64,000 nt of DNA from Verrucomicrobiota bacterium. Its GTDB lineage: Bacteria; Verrucomicrobiota; Verrucomicrobiia; Opitutales; Coraliomargaritaceae. The stretch covers positions 82,337 through 146,336 of the forward strand of contig JBCBZJ010000005.1 in assembly GCA_039815375.1 (NCBI GenBank), written 5' to 3'. Each line of letters opens with the position of its first letter. Position 1 is the stretch's first letter. The position numbers were made by a program, and so were the translations under genes. Of this stretch, positions 18,782-32,071 are shown in pieces. The notes under the pieces were generated by a model. The model was given only the letters and a program-made list of their open reading frames with translations, ran no database searches and was not told the DNA's origin.

Positions 18782-21493
18782 GTGCCCGTTCCCCCAATAG
18801 ATTCCACGAAGATGATGCTCCCCGATGCCTTTCCTTGGGGAATCGCTACGATTGGAGCTGATGGTGCGGTGCTGTCAACGAATGCGCACATGCAAACGCT
18901 CTACGGATGTGAAGAGGGAGTGCCTTTTGATAGTATATTCCACCTAAGCAGTGAGTCGTGTTGGCAAGGTCTATTCTCGAGATTAGCTCTTGGTGAGACA
19001 TGGACCGGGCGCATCTATCCAGTCTACAAGAAACAGGGCATTGCGTCGGTCGAAGTAATGATGCAACGAGATCCGGATAAGAAGGGCCTGCTCTGGCTTT
19101 ATACTTTGGAGCATCCCAAGGTAAACGGAGCGGTGCGCTTCAGTAGCCGTAGTGAGCTACAAATGCTGCGTGTCCTTTTGGACAATACCTTGGAATACGT
19201 CTTTTTCCGAGATATGGATGGGCATTTTATTCTGACTAATCAGGCGTTTCGGATGGCTGTGTCTGACGAGGAAAAGTCGCCAGGGGTAGATTATCTCTTT
19301 GATGATTTTGTCTCCGCAGAGAGTGCGAACTGGCTGCGTGAGCTCGACCGGGAAGTCCTTTCCTCGAGCCGTCCTGTTGTGAATCTGGTGTCCCGCGTGA
19401 CCTTTAACAGCGGACTGGACCATTGGTTGCAGCTCTCCACCGTTCCGGTGCGGAACGGTGAAGGCGAAATGATCGGGCTACTTAGTGTCGCCCGCGATAT
19501 AAGCGAGTTAAAGCGAACGGAGAAAGAACTGCGCTACGCGATCGACCAAGCGAAGGAGGCCAGTCGGTCGAAGGGAGAGTTTCTTGCTGCCATGAGCCAT
19601 GAAATTCGCACCCCGATCAATGGCATCATCGGTGCCTCAGAGCTTTGTCAGGAGACACGGCTTGATGCAGAACAACGCGGTTATCTCGACACGATCATTC
19701 AATGTGGAGGCACTTTGTTGGCGTTGGTGAACGACGTTCTCGACTTCTCCAAGATTGAGGCCGGCCAGCTAAGTCTGGAGAAGCTGAACTTTTCGCCTCG
19801 TTCCTTGATGGAAAATGTAGCCGAAGGTTTTGTGCAGGAGATTCGGAAGAAGGGGATCGAGCTGATTACCGCTTACGACGACGATTTACCTCCCTATTTG
19901 ATGGGAGATCCAACCCGGCTGAAACAGATTCTCTACAACCTCATCGGCAATGCGGTTAAGTTCACCGAAGCCGGAGAGATTGTCATGCGTGCGAAGACGA
20001 AAACCCTCACGGATGATCAGGCCAAAGTTGAGTTTTCCGTTAGCGATACCGGCATCGGCATTTCCGAAGCTCGGCAGGATGCCATATTCCTCAGCTTCAC
20101 TCAGGCAGATATGTCGACCACACGTAAATACGGTGGTACTGGCTTAGGCCTTTCCATCTGCCGGGAGCTCGTCAACCTCATGGAAGGTGATATCTCTGTT
20201 ACCAGCACGATTGGAAAGGGCTCAACTTTCAAATTCGAAGTCACATTCGATGTAACGGTTCATCCCGGCGTTGAGGCAATTCCTTTTAACCCCGAGCTTG
20301 CAGGTCTGCGCGTGCTCATCGTCGATGACAATTCGACCAACCGAGATATCTACAGGCAAATGTGTGCGGGCTGGGGCTATCGCAGCGTGACCGCAAAAGA
20401 TGGGATGACGGCACTTACCAAACTGGAGGATGCTGTGCGCGACGATGATGTCTTTGCTCTCGTCATTCTCGACCAACAAATGCCGGGACTTACCGGCCTG
20501 GATCTTGCCAGCTTGATCAAGTCACGGCCCGACTTGCGAAAGACCGAGCTGCTTATGCTTTCTTCTTCGCTCGATCGTCAGGAGTCGCTCCGGGCAACCG
20601 AGATTGGCATAGCCCGCGCGCTTTCCAAGCCAGTTAAACGTAATACCTTACTGGAAGTCATTTTAGAGACCTTTGGGATCCATAGCGCAGAGGGGGTAAA
20701 GGCTGATGATAAACCCAAGGCATTTTTGGATGAAGACATCCCTTTGAGCGTTTTGCTAGTCGAGGACAATCCTGTTAACCAAACGGTTGCGACAAAGCGC
20801 CTGAAGAAGCTGGGGCATGATGTCACACTTGCCGAGGATGGGTATCAGGCGGTAGAGCTAACGAAAAAACATCGTTTTGACAGTATTCTCATGGACATTC
20901 AGATGCCGGGTATGGATGGTTACGAGGCAACTGCCATGATCCGTAGGCATGAAAAGGAGAATGATCTGGCACACCACCATATTATTGCAATGACAGCACA
21001 CGCTATGAAGGGAGACGAGGAGCGTTGTCTGGAGGCAGGAATGGATGATTATATCTCCAAGCCATTCAACGTGGAGCGACTGAAACAACTACTTCAATCT
21101 GCGGTCACCGCGCAAAGGACCGGGGTGCTGCACAAAAGCTCGCATCAGAGTTTTTCAGATTTCCTGGGATCACTCAATAGCGAGGACCGAGAAGATGTGC
21201 TCGCCGCCGCCCAAATCTTCCTGAAGACCTTTCCTGATGATCTCGATAAGCTAAAAGAAGCTGCGGAGCAGCAAAATTACGAACAAGTTCACTTTGTCAC
21301 TCATAACTTGAAGAGTGTTGCGGGTATTTTTGGCAACCAAGACTGTGTTTCGCTGGCAATCAATCTTGAGCATGCCTGTAACCAGAGAAAAGAATCTGAC
21401 ATGAGAGGCTACTCTAAGGAATTTATAGCTGCTATGCAGTTGCTTTCGCAGGAGGTCGGTGCCGAACTCCATGAAGTAGAGGAAGAAGCGTAG
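18782..21493 (+). CDS. Cytoplasmic hybrid sensor histidine kinase (PAS-HisKA-HATPase-REC-REC-HPt)
   Basis: SHEIRTP H-box, GNAVKFT, DTGIG, GGTGLGL, two receiver domains, HNLKS HPt motif. Confidence 0.93.
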   Translation: MPVPPIDSTKMMLPDAFPWGIATIGADGAVLSTNAHMQTLYGCEEGVPFDSIFHLSSESCWQGLFSRLALGETWTGRIYPVYKKQGIASVEVMMQRDPDKKGLLWLYTLEHPKVNGAVRFSSRSELQMLRVLLDNTLEYVFFRDMDGHFILTNQAFRMAVSDEEKSPGVDYLFDDFVSAESANWLRELDREVLSSSRPVVNLVSRVTFNSGLDHWLQLSTVPVRNGEGEMIGLLSVARDISELKRTEKELRYAIDQAKEASRSKGEFLAAMSHEIRTPINGIIGASELCQETRLDAEQRGYLDTIIQCGGTLLALVNDVLDFSKIEAGQLSLEKLNFSPRSLMENVAEGFVQEIRKKGIELITAYDDDLPPYLMGDPTRLKQILYNLIGNAVKFTEAGEIVMRAKTKTLTDDQAKVEFSVSDTGIGISEARQDAIFLSFTQADMSTTRKYGGTGLGLSICRELVNLMEGDISVTSTIGKGSTFKFEVTFDVTVHPGVEAIPFNPELAGLRVLIVDDNSTNRDIYRQMCAGWGYRSVTAKDGMTALTKLEDAVRDDDVFALVILDQQMPGLTGLDLASLIKSRPDLRKTELLMLSSSLDRQESLRATEIGIARALSKPVKRNTLLEVILETFGIHSAEGVKADDKPKAFLDEDIPLSVLLVEDNPVNQTVATKRLKKLGHDVTLAEDGYQAVELTKKHRFDSILMDIQMPGMDGYEATAMIRRHEKENDLAHHHIIAMTAHAMKGDEERCLEAGMDDYISKPFNVERLKQLLQSAVTAQRTGVLHKSSHQSFSDFLGSLNSEDREDVLAAAQIFLKTFPDDLDKLKEAAEQQNYEQVHFVTHNLKSVAGIFGNQDCVSLAINLEHACNQRKESDMRGYSKEFIAAMQLLSQEVGAELHEVEEEA

Positions 21494-21552
21494 AAAATTT
21501 CCCCTTTTGCCTTTTGCATTTTGGGATTTTTCCGCCTTAACTCCGCTTCCTT

Positions 21553-22035
21553 ATGAGTTCCGTCCTAAAGCTGCTCCTCGAAGGTGAGCGTCTCGATACT
21601 GCGCAAATGGCGCAAGTGCTCGGCATGTCCGAGACTGATATCGAGGCCGAAATTGCACGCCTCGAAGCCGAGGGTATTCTCCTCGGCTGGCGTCCTGTTC
21701 TGAATTCGGAACGAGCGCAGGAGAATATCGTTCGAGCGGTTATCGAGGTCAAGATCAGCCCGGAACGTGATGGCGGTTTCGACCGTTTAGCCACGCGTAT
21801 TGCACGTTTTGATGCAGTCGAGTCCTGCTACCTCATGTCCGGTGGTTACGATCTTTTGATCTTCGCCACGGGTAAGGACCTGCGCGATGTGGCGACGTTT
21901 GTATCTGAGCGACTGGCTAGTGTCGAAGGCGTCCTTTCGACTGCGACACACTTCATGCTTCGGGCTTACAAGGAGCAGGGGCACCTCTTGCTATCTTCAA
22001 ACGAGAGCAGCGATAAACCAGCCGTAAGTCCGTAA
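21553..22035 (+). CDS. Lrp/AsnC family transcriptional regulator
   Basis: N-terminal HTH; CYLMSGGYDL and VLSTATHF motifs. Confidence 0.9.
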   Translation: MSSVLKLLLEGERLDTAQMAQVLGMSETDIEAEIARLEAEGILLGWRPVLNSERAQENIVRAVIEVKISPERDGGFDRLATRIARFDAVESCYLMSGGYDLLIFATGKDLRDVATFVSERLASVEGVLSTATHFMLRAYKEQGHLLLSSNESSDKPAVSP

Positions 22036-23207
22036 TGAGCGAGCCTGGTCAACAATTTGTGGCAGACCATGTATCCGGTTTGCCTCGCTCTGGTATTCGC
22101 GATTTTTTTGCTATCGTGCAGGCCATGCCGCAGGCGATCTCGCTTGGTATCGGTGAGCCCGACTTCGTCACACCCTGGCATATCCGCGAGGCAGCGATCT
22201 TTGCGCTCGAAAAAGGAAAGACCAGTTACACGGACAATCTCGGGCTGATTCGCTTGCGTCGTGAGATCAGCACTTACGTTGAGAACAACTTCGGCATCAG
22301 CTACCACCCGGAAAAAGAAGTGCTGGTTGCGGTGGGTGTTTCAGAAGCTTTGGACATTGCACTACGCGCTGTCTTGAATCCCGGTGATAAAGTTATTTAC
22401 CACGAGCCTTGCTACGTTTCTTACAGCCCGAGTATCAAGCTCGCTTACGCTGAGCCGATAGCGGTCGCCACCTCCGCCAAGGATGAGTTTGGTATTGATC
22501 CGGACCGCGTGATCGAAGCATGGGAGCCTGGCGTGAAAGTGCTTCTTCTCAACTTCCCAACGAACCCGACCGGTGGTGTGACCGAAAAAAGCAAACTCGA
22601 TAAGCTTGCCAAGTTTGCGGTGGAGAAAGATCTGCTTGTGATTAGCGATGAGATTTACTCGGAGCTGACTTTTGATGGCCAGCACACCAGTATTGCTTCA
22701 CTCCCGGGCATGCAGGACCGCACGATTTTCCTGCATGGTTTCTCAAAAGCCTTTGCGATGACGGGTTTCCGCATCGGCTACGCATGCGGTCCCCAGGTTC
22801 TGATTGAAGCGATGATGAAGGTGCACCAATACAGTATGCTCTGCGCACCGATCCTGTCGCAGGAGTCAGCCATCGAGGCGCTGAAGAATGGTGCGCCTTC
22901 TGTTAAAAAGATGAAGGATGCATATCAGCGACGCCGTGACTTAATCGTTCGCCGCTTTAACGAGATTGGTTTGGAATGTCATTTGCCGAAGGGCTCCTTC
23001 TATGCTTTTCCCTCAGTCCGGAATACTGGCCTAAGTTCGATGGACTTTTGTAAGGGCCTGCTCGAAAAGGAGGAAGTCGCGATTGTCCCGGGAACTGCTT
23101 TCGGTGAGTCCGGGGCAGGCTTCGCGCGGGCTAGTTTCTCTACAAGTTACGAACGCATTCTCGAAGCAACTAACCGTATTGACCGTTACGTTGATTCGTT
23201 GGAATGA
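22035..23207 (+). CDS. Class I/II PLP-dependent aminotransferase
   Basis: LGIGEPDF, NPTG, SDEIY and GFSKAFAMTGFRIG motifs. Confidence 0.95.
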   Translation: MSEPGQQFVADHVSGLPRSGIRDFFAIVQAMPQAISLGIGEPDFVTPWHIREAAIFALEKGKTSYTDNLGLIRLRREISTYVENNFGISYHPEKEVLVAVGVSEALDIALRAVLNPGDKVIYHEPCYVSYSPSIKLAYAEPIAVATSAKDEFGIDPDRVIEAWEPGVKVLLLNFPTNPTGGVTEKSKLDKLAKFAVEKDLLVISDEIYSELTFDGQHTSIASLPGMQDRTIFLHGFSKAFAMTGFRIGYACGPQVLIEAMMKVHQYSMLCAPILSQESAIEALKNGAPSVKKMKDAYQRRRDLIVRRFNEIGLECHLPKGSFYAFPSVRNTGLSSMDFCKGLLEKEEVAIVPGTAFGESGAGFARASFSTSYERILEATNRIDRYVDSLE

Positions 23208-23298
23208 TGAAGCGGTTTTTTAATGCGCAGATTTGTTGCTTCTATCTGCGAAAGTCCGTGTAATCTGCGGGTAGAAAAGTAACACTCTCGCCAAAGTT

Positions 23299-24849
23299 AT
23301 GATCGATCCGTCCAGAACCGTTGCCCTCGTCGGGCGTCCCAACGTGGGGAAGAGCCGTTTGTTCAATCGGCTTTGCGGACGGCGCTTATCCATCGTGCAT
23401 GACATGCCGGGCGTGACGCGTGACCTCATCTCAGCAGAAGTGCACGACGATTATGTGCTGCTCGACACAGGTGGTATTGGGATGGAGCTGGAAATGACGC
23501 CTAAGAAGATTGCAAATGCAGCGGAGGATCAGGTCGAATTTGCGATTCAGGCTGCCAGTGTGATTCTCTTCGTGGTTGATGTGCGCAGTGGCATCACTGC
23601 GCTTGATGAGATAGTGGCAGAAAAGCTTCGCCGCTACGGCAAGCAGGTTATACTTGTTGCCAATAAGGTGGACTCGGAAGACGAATCTACTTCTGCAGAC
23701 GAGTTTAATCGTCTTGGCTTGGGCTGGCCTTATGCAGTCTCGGCTGAGCATGGTCGTGGCATTACTGACCTTAACAAAGCGATCGAAGAGATGCTCGGGC
23801 CAAAGCCCGAAGGTTCCGAAACGGATAAAGAAAAGCGTATTCGTATCTCCCTGATTGGGCGCCCGAATGTCGGTAAGTCCTCGATCGGCAACCGTTTGCT
23901 CGATTCAAACCGACTGATCGTTAGTGACGTGCCAGGCACGACTCGTGACTCCGTAGAGCTCGATCTCGACTACCAGCATCCGGATGGCGAGCTGCTGAAG
24001 TTTCGGCTTGCTGACACCGCTGGTCTACGAATGAAACGCAAGGTCGATAGTCCGGTCGAATATTTCTCGGGTGTCCGCACGCAGCATGCGATGGAACGCT
24101 CCGATGTGGTCTTTCTGGTCATCGATGCCGTCGATGGTGTGACAAAGCAGGATCAGTCTCTGGCAGGTGAAGTACTTGATACGGGTAAGGCGCTCATTGT
24201 TGTCGTCAACAAATGGGATCTTATTATCGAGCGTTGGGAAGAGGAGCCGATCGAAGGCTATAAGAACCTGAAGCATTTCCTGAAGAGCTACGAAGAGTCA
24301 CTCCGTAAGCAGATGTTTTTCCTGCCGGATCCGCCAGTGTTGTTTGTCTCGGCAATGACCGGATTCAAAATCGAGTCATTGCTTGAGACCGCAGCCTCGG
24401 TTGAAGCGACACTCGATATGAAGCTTCCAACTGGTAAGCTTAATAATGTAATTCATGGACTATTTGAGGCGCGTTCACCTAAGCTTGTCGGCACCAAACG
24501 GTTTAAAGTCTTTTATTCGGTCCAGGTTGATTCACGTCCACTAAGGATTCGTTTCTATTGCAATCGCGTCGAACGTCTCGACCCCGGTTACCGGCGTTAT
24601 TTGGAGAAGGCGATCATCCACGAGTTCAGGTTGAGCGGCTGTCCCGTGCGCTTCGAGCTTGTCGGAAAAGATAAACGCTACGAGGGTGGGGAAGGTGAAC
24701 TTGCTCCACGCCAGAGCGATACGATTCAGAACAAGAATCGCGTTCGCAAGATGGGTGAGGATGCGGCCCAGCTCGACCGCAAGCATCCTGAGCGCCGAAA
24801 GAGAATTACCCAAAGCAAAGCAGCCCACAACCGCGGCAAAATGCGATAA
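23299..24849 (+). CDS. der: Ribosome biogenesis GTPase Der (EngA)
   Basis: Two GRPNVGKS G-domains with DTGG/DTAG and NKVD/NKWD; KH-like C-domain. Confidence 0.97.
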   Translation: MIDPSRTVALVGRPNVGKSRLFNRLCGRRLSIVHDMPGVTRDLISAEVHDDYVLLDTGGIGMELEMTPKKIANAAEDQVEFAIQAASVILFVVDVRSGITALDEIVAEKLRRYGKQVILVANKVDSEDESTSADEFNRLGLGWPYAVSAEHGRGITDLNKAIEEMLGPKPEGSETDKEKRIRISLIGRPNVGKSSIGNRLLDSNRLIVSDVPGTTRDSVELDLDYQHPDGELLKFRLADTAGLRMKRKVDSPVEYFSGVRTQHAMERSDVVFLVIDAVDGVTKQDQSLAGEVLDTGKALIVVVNKWDLIIERWEEEPIEGYKNLKHFLKSYEESLRKQMFFLPDPPVLFVSAMTGFKIESLLETAASVEATLDMKLPTGKLNNVIHGLFEARSPKLVGTKRFKVFYSVQVDSRPLRIRFYCNRVERLDPGYRRYLEKAIIHEFRLSGCPVRFELVGKDKRYEGGEGELAPRQSDTIQNKNRVRKMGEDAAQLDRKHPERRKRITQSKAAHNRGKMR

Positions 24850-24881
24850 GACTGCTTATATTTTTCCAACCAGATTCACAA

Positions 24882-25742
24882 ATGAAAAGATCTCTACCCA
24901 AAGTGAAACGCCTGGAAGTAAAGGATGAGAGCAAGAAACGGATTCCATTCATCTTCTTGTTCTTCTCGGGTGTGGCCGTGCTCTTAGTCGTCTTTGCGGC
25001 CTATACAGTATTCCGTTCGGAGCCGGCCAGAGAGGTGACTCCGTTACAGGCGGAGCTCAAGCCACAGCGCAATTTAGAGGAGCTTGTTGATAAGCAAGTC
25101 TTCAAGCGGGCCTATATCGAAGCAAATGGTGGTTTTAATCATCTGCAGAATTTGACCACCTTAAAAATGAACGGGAGATTGAGGTTGAAGGACGATGACG
25201 TTGATTTCGACTTCTTCATTCTAAAGAGACGGCCCGACATGATGTTAATGACTTATAAGTTCGGGGCCTATGACCTTACTTATGGCAGCAAAGATGGAAA
25301 ATTCTGGATGCGCCAATCCTATCCGGAGAAGCCGGATAAAATCACTGATGTGTCAGAGGAAAAACAAGCCAATCTTGCTCCTTCGATTAATATGTTCGGT
25401 CCGTTGCTTAGCGCCTATCTCGATCAATCAGATTCTATCGAGTCGATCGAATTGGCGGATTGGGAAGGTCACGCTTGTTTGCATATCGTAATGAAAAGTC
25501 TGGATGACGGTAGCACTACTGAACTCTACGTTGATGGGGATAGTCTTCAGATTTTAGTTCAAATCGTAGGACTTGCATCCGGAGAGACTACTATGATGAC
25601 TTTTTCCGATTATGTTCATGTCAATAAAGTGAACATACCATTTACTTCTGTGTTAGAAAAAGGCGGTAAAGAAATTAATCGGATATTTCTGGATAGCGTG
25701 CAGTTTAATGTTGGTGCAAGCTCGTCGCTTTTTGAAAATTAG
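24882..25742 (+). CDS. Hypothetical membrane-anchored protein (possibly LolA-like fold)
   Basis: Single TM near the N-terminus; 286 aa. Confidence 0.65.
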   Translation: MKRSLPKVKRLEVKDESKKRIPFIFLFFSGVAVLLVVFAAYTVFRSEPAREVTPLQAELKPQRNLEELVDKQVFKRAYIEANGGFNHLQNLTTLKMNGRLRLKDDDVDFDFFILKRRPDMMLMTYKFGAYDLTYGSKDGKFWMRQSYPEKPDKITDVSEEKQANLAPSINMFGPLLSAYLDQSDSIESIELADWEGHACLHIVMKSLDDGSTTELYVDGDSLQILVQIVGLASGETTMMTFSDYVHVNKVNIPFTSVLEKGGKEINRIFLDSVQFNVGASSSLFEN

Positions 25743-25865
25743 TTCCAGTTGTCATTTTGGTGTTCGGGGTTTCACTTTAATTCGAATCAGACTGTTGGAG
25801 TAGAGCTTTGCAGTGACCAGAGTGAGCAAAGATCCGATTAGGTAGTGCTTGCTAAGAATGCTTTT

Positions 25866-26138
25866 TCAGTAAGCCCCCACATAGAGATTCAGTGTTTCTC
25901 TATCGTAGGTGATCGCAGTGAAATGCCATCGCTTATTATTGAGATAGGTTGTCGAAATTGCCTTGTGGAACTGGTCATCGAAAAGTCCCCGCTTTGGCTT
26001 AACCGCAAGCTGAACGAATGCTGATTGAGCTGCTTCCTGAGCGTCTTCTTTGTCTTGGAGTATGCGGTAAGACACAGACATAACAAAAGGGCTGTATTTT
26101 TCTATCAACCGTGTAAAGCTTGCCTGCCTGTGTGCCAA
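25866..26138 (-). pseudogene. Remnant joining ECF sigma region 2 to a LamG-like fragment
   Basis: SFTRLIEKYSPFVMSVSYRILQDKEDAQEAAQSAFVQL then NNKRWHFTAITYDRETLNLYVG, within only 90 aa. Confidence 0.6.
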
Positions 26139-26267
26139 ATTTGGTAAATTAGCAGAGAAGGTCGAAGTCAGTATCTGAATGCGTATTCACGGATCGGTTC
26201 AATGGTATGCTTGCCCATAGTCCCGACGCAAACCTCCACCTTCACACATAAAATAGAAAAAACGGGT

Positions 26268-27692
<1,425 letters not shown>

Positions 27693-27703
27693 GTGTTGCT
27701 TAT

Positions 27704-27734
27704 AAAAAAGGCAACGGCGCAAACCGTTGCCTTT
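27704..27734 (-). terminator. Intrinsic terminator-like hairpin after the ACP gene
   Basis: Minus strand GGCAACGG-tttgcg-CCGTTGCC-TTTTTT. Confidence 0.75.
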
Positions 27735-27754
27735 AGCTAAAAAAACTACTGCGA

Positions 27755-28006
27755 CTACTTTTCGTTGAATTTCGGAGTGAGGTAGTTTGCGCAACTGTCG
27801 AGTGAGGCGAGCTCGGGGTAGTCGGCTTCCGGCACTTCGATACCGTGCTGTTTACGCAGTTCCATTACAATATCGAGAAAGTCCATGGAATCGAGGTCCA
27901 TTTGGTCGCGGAGGGCGACTTCGCTCTTCAGGTCAGAGGTGTCCTCGTCGGGAGCGATTTCGTTGATGATATCGATAACGATTTGTTTTACTTCGTTTTC
28001 TGTCAT
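27755..28006 (-). CDS. Acyl carrier protein
   Basis: Acidic 83 aa with LDSMD phosphopantetheine site. Confidence 0.93.
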   Translation of the reverse strand: MTENEVKQIVIDIINEIAPDEDTSDLKSEVALRDQMDLDSMDFLDIVMELRKQHGIEVPEADYPELASLDSCANYLTPKFNEK

Positions 28007-28035
28007 TTTGGTAAATATAGTCGGTATGTCGGGGC

Positions 28036-29271
<1,236 letters not shown>

Positions 29272-29397
29272 GAATAAGCGATCATTCATAGCATTTCGAG
29301 CTACATGTCTGTCAACCTTCTAAACAAATTTGAATCAGGCAAAAATATCAGAGCATTTTGGTTTCGACACTCTCCATGGAGACAATAGGACCATTTT

Positions 29398-30387
29398 ATG
29401 AATGTCTTAGTTGTTGGAGGAGCTGGCTACATCGGTAGCCATTGCGTGCGTCAACTGTGTGCGGCTGGGCATCGTCCGATTGTTTTAGATAACCTTGTTT
29501 TTGGGCACCGCAAGGCGGTCGACCCTTCGATTCCTTTCTACGATGGAGACCTCGGCGACCCCGAAATCGTCGCTCCAATTCTGAAGACCGAATCCATCGA
29601 CCTGGTCATGCATTTTGCGGCCTTCGCCTATGTCGGCGAATCCGTGACCGAGCCCCGTAAATACTATCAGAACAACTTTGTTGCGACTCTCCGCCTGCTC
29701 GAGACCATGCTCGACAACGGAGTGACCAAGTTCGTCTTCTCCTCGACCTGTGCGACCTATGGCGAGCCCGAGAAGCTGCCTATAGTTGAGACGCTCGGTC
29801 AGGCGCCCATCAATCCCTACGGTCAAACCAAGCTCGATGTGGAGAACTGCCTCAAAGCCTTTGCTCACGCCTACGGCCTGAGCTTTGCAGCATTCCGCTA
29901 TTTCAACGCAGCGGGCGCAGCCGAAGACGGCACTATCGGTGAAGACCATAATCCGGAAACGCATCTTATACCTCTCGTCATCGATGCTGCAACCGGCCGC
30001 CGCGACAACATTAAGATCTTTGGCACTGATTACGAAACGCCTGACGGCACCTGCCTCCGCGACTACGTCCATGTCGACGATCTTTCCCGCGCCCATATCG
30101 CGGTCTTTGACAAACTCGCCGAGCCGGGAGCACAGTATTTCTATAACCTCGGCACCGGCACACCGAATTCGGTGCGCGAGATTATCAATGCTGTGGAAGA
30201 AGTCACCGGCCTAAAGGTGCCTTTAATTGAGGACGCCCGCCGCGCTGGTGATCCACCAGCGCTTTACGCGGATTCCAGCAAGGCGCAGTCCGAGCTTGGC
30301 TGGGAGATTAAATATACTGATGTGAAAGATATCATCGCGACCGCCTGGAAGTGGCATGAAGCCAATCCTGACGGCTACGGGGACTAA
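29398..30387 (+). CDS. galE: UDP-glucose 4-epimerase
   Basis: GGAGYIGSH, YGQTK, RYFNAAGA and RDYVHV motifs. Confidence 0.96.
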   Translation: MNVLVVGGAGYIGSHCVRQLCAAGHRPIVLDNLVFGHRKAVDPSIPFYDGDLGDPEIVAPILKTESIDLVMHFAAFAYVGESVTEPRKYYQNNFVATLRLLETMLDNGVTKFVFSSTCATYGEPEKLPIVETLGQAPINPYGQTKLDVENCLKAFAHAYGLSFAAFRYFNAAGAAEDGTIGEDHNPETHLIPLVIDAATGRRDNIKIFGTDYETPDGTCLRDYVHVDDLSRAHIAVFDKLAEPGAQYFYNLGTGTPNSVREIINAVEEVTGLKVPLIEDARRAGDPPALYADSSKAQSELGWEIKYTDVKDIIATAWKWHEANPDGYGD

Positions 30388-30543
30388 ACGAGACTACTTT
30401 ATTTTTCTGAGGACCATTTTGGGGGTCCTTGCTACCTTTCTCGCTGCCTACTCGCTTTGTGCGGACGAAGAGAATTCGTTTTTCGGGTTCATGGGAATTG
30501 GGCTGCTTTAATTCCACTTAACCCGGATTCGACTAGGAGGTGC

Positions 30544-32025
30544 CTAAGATTGACTCAAAAATTCGACAAGGCGCTCGGCAGTGAGTAAACCGATGCCGTC
30601 GAGTTCGGTGAGTTGTTCCACTGTGGCTGCACGTAGTTTCTGGAGCGAGCCGAAGTGATGCAGAAGTTGACTTTTGCGCTCTTGGCCAAGTCCTTTGAAG
30701 TCGTCGAGGATTGATTCTTTCAGACGCTTGCTCCGTAGTTCCGCGTTGAAGGTGTTGGCAAAGTGGTGGGCTTCGTCACGGATGTGTTGGAGGAGACGCA
30801 GGGCTGGGTCGTTTCGTTTCAGGTTGAGCGGATCACGGCCATCACTAAAGATGATCGTCTCGTTTTTCTTCGCCAGTCCGATAAGTTCGGGTGGTTCCAG
30901 CCCCTGCGAAAGAAAGGCCCTCAGGGCGGCTGTCACTTGCCCGGCGCCTCCGTCGATTACGATCAGATCCGGAAAGGCTTTGCCTTCGTCGGAGAGCCGA
31001 CGGTAGCGACGGCCGACGACTTCTTCCATTGCTCGGAAATCGTCATTCCCGATAAAGGATTTGATCTTGAATCGTCGGTAGCTCTTCCGGTCGGGGCGGG
31101 CATTTTTGAAGGCGACCATAGAAGCGACGCAAAAACTCCCTGAGATGTGGGAAATATCGAAACACTCCATCCGCTTCGGGAGCGCACCCAGCTTGAGCTT
31201 CTTTCGGATACTTTCGATCACTTGACTGTCATTTTGGGTGTAAACCATGTTGCGCTCGAATTTACGTGTGCGCGCAGTGGTTTGTTCCAATGCAGAGATC
31301 CGGTCGCGGATCGAGGCGGCTTCTTCGTAGTTCCGCTTCTCTGCGGCGAGCTTCATCTGCTCCTTGAGCTCGACCAGCCATTCACGCGCCTTGCCTTCCA
31401 GAAATTCGCAGGCCGCTTCCATACGTTTCTGATACTCCTGCTCTGTGATTTCGTTGGAGTGCTCGTAGATTTCCTGTCGCGCATCGTCGTAGAGTCGCCA
31501 GACTCCGTTGCCGAGCTCCACCGGCTTGGCATCGTTCAAGAGGATGCCGAATTCGCGTCGCAGCTCCGCGAGTGTTTTTCGTAGATGGCCCGAATGCGCG
31601 AACGGTCCATAGTAGCGCGAGCTGCTGTCGGTCCGGTTGCGGGTAAGCCGAAAGCGCGGCAAGGTCTCACGCAAGTCGACGCGGACAAGAAGAAAGCGTT
31701 TGTCGTCGGTAAAGTCAGTGTTGTAGCGTGGCTTATATTTCTTGATCAGCTGGCCTTCAAGAAGCAGTGCTTCAGCCTCAGACTTGACAAGTATTGTCTC
31801 GAAATCATGGATTAGATCGATCATCGCCTTCACTTTTGGTTGGGCGATGGCCATTTTCCTGGAAGCCTGAAAATAGGTGGATACGCGTTTCTTCAGATCT
31901 TTAGCTTTTCCCACGTAGATCGTTTGTCCGAGACGATCTTTCATTAGATAGACCCCGGGTTTGTGCGGTAGACGCCGCACATGTTCCTTCAGCTTGCTTA
32001 AGATATTTTCGCCTATGTCTGGCAT
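30544..32025 (-). CDS. uvrC: Excinuclease ABC subunit C
   Basis: PGVYLM...YVGKAKDLKKRV, UVR domain, ECFDISH, IDGG, RDEAH, HhH. Confidence 0.96.
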   Translation of the reverse strand: MPDIGENILSKLKEHVRRLPHKPGVYLMKDRLGQTIYVGKAKDLKKRVSTYFQASRKMAIAQPKVKAMIDLIHDFETILVKSEAEALLLEGQLIKKYKPRYNTDFTDDKRFLLVRVDLRETLPRFRLTRNRTDSSSRYYGPFAHSGHLRKTLAELRREFGILLNDAKPVELGNGVWRLYDDARQEIYEHSNEITEQEYQKRMEAACEFLEGKAREWLVELKEQMKLAAEKRNYEEAASIRDRISALEQTTARTRKFERNMVYTQNDSQVIESIRKKLKLGALPKRMECFDISHISGSFCVASMVAFKNARPDRKSYRRFKIKSFIGNDDFRAMEEVVGRRYRRLSDEGKAFPDLIVIDGGAGQVTAALRAFLSQGLEPPELIGLAKKNETIIFSDGRDPLNLKRNDPALRLLQHIRDEAHHFANTFNAELRSKRLKESILDDFKGLGQERKSQLLHHFGSLQKLRAATVEQLTELDGIGLLTAERLVEFLSQS

Positions 32026-32071
32026 TTGTAACAATTTGGTGTAGCTTTTTCTGTTTTAGGCAAACGAACTG

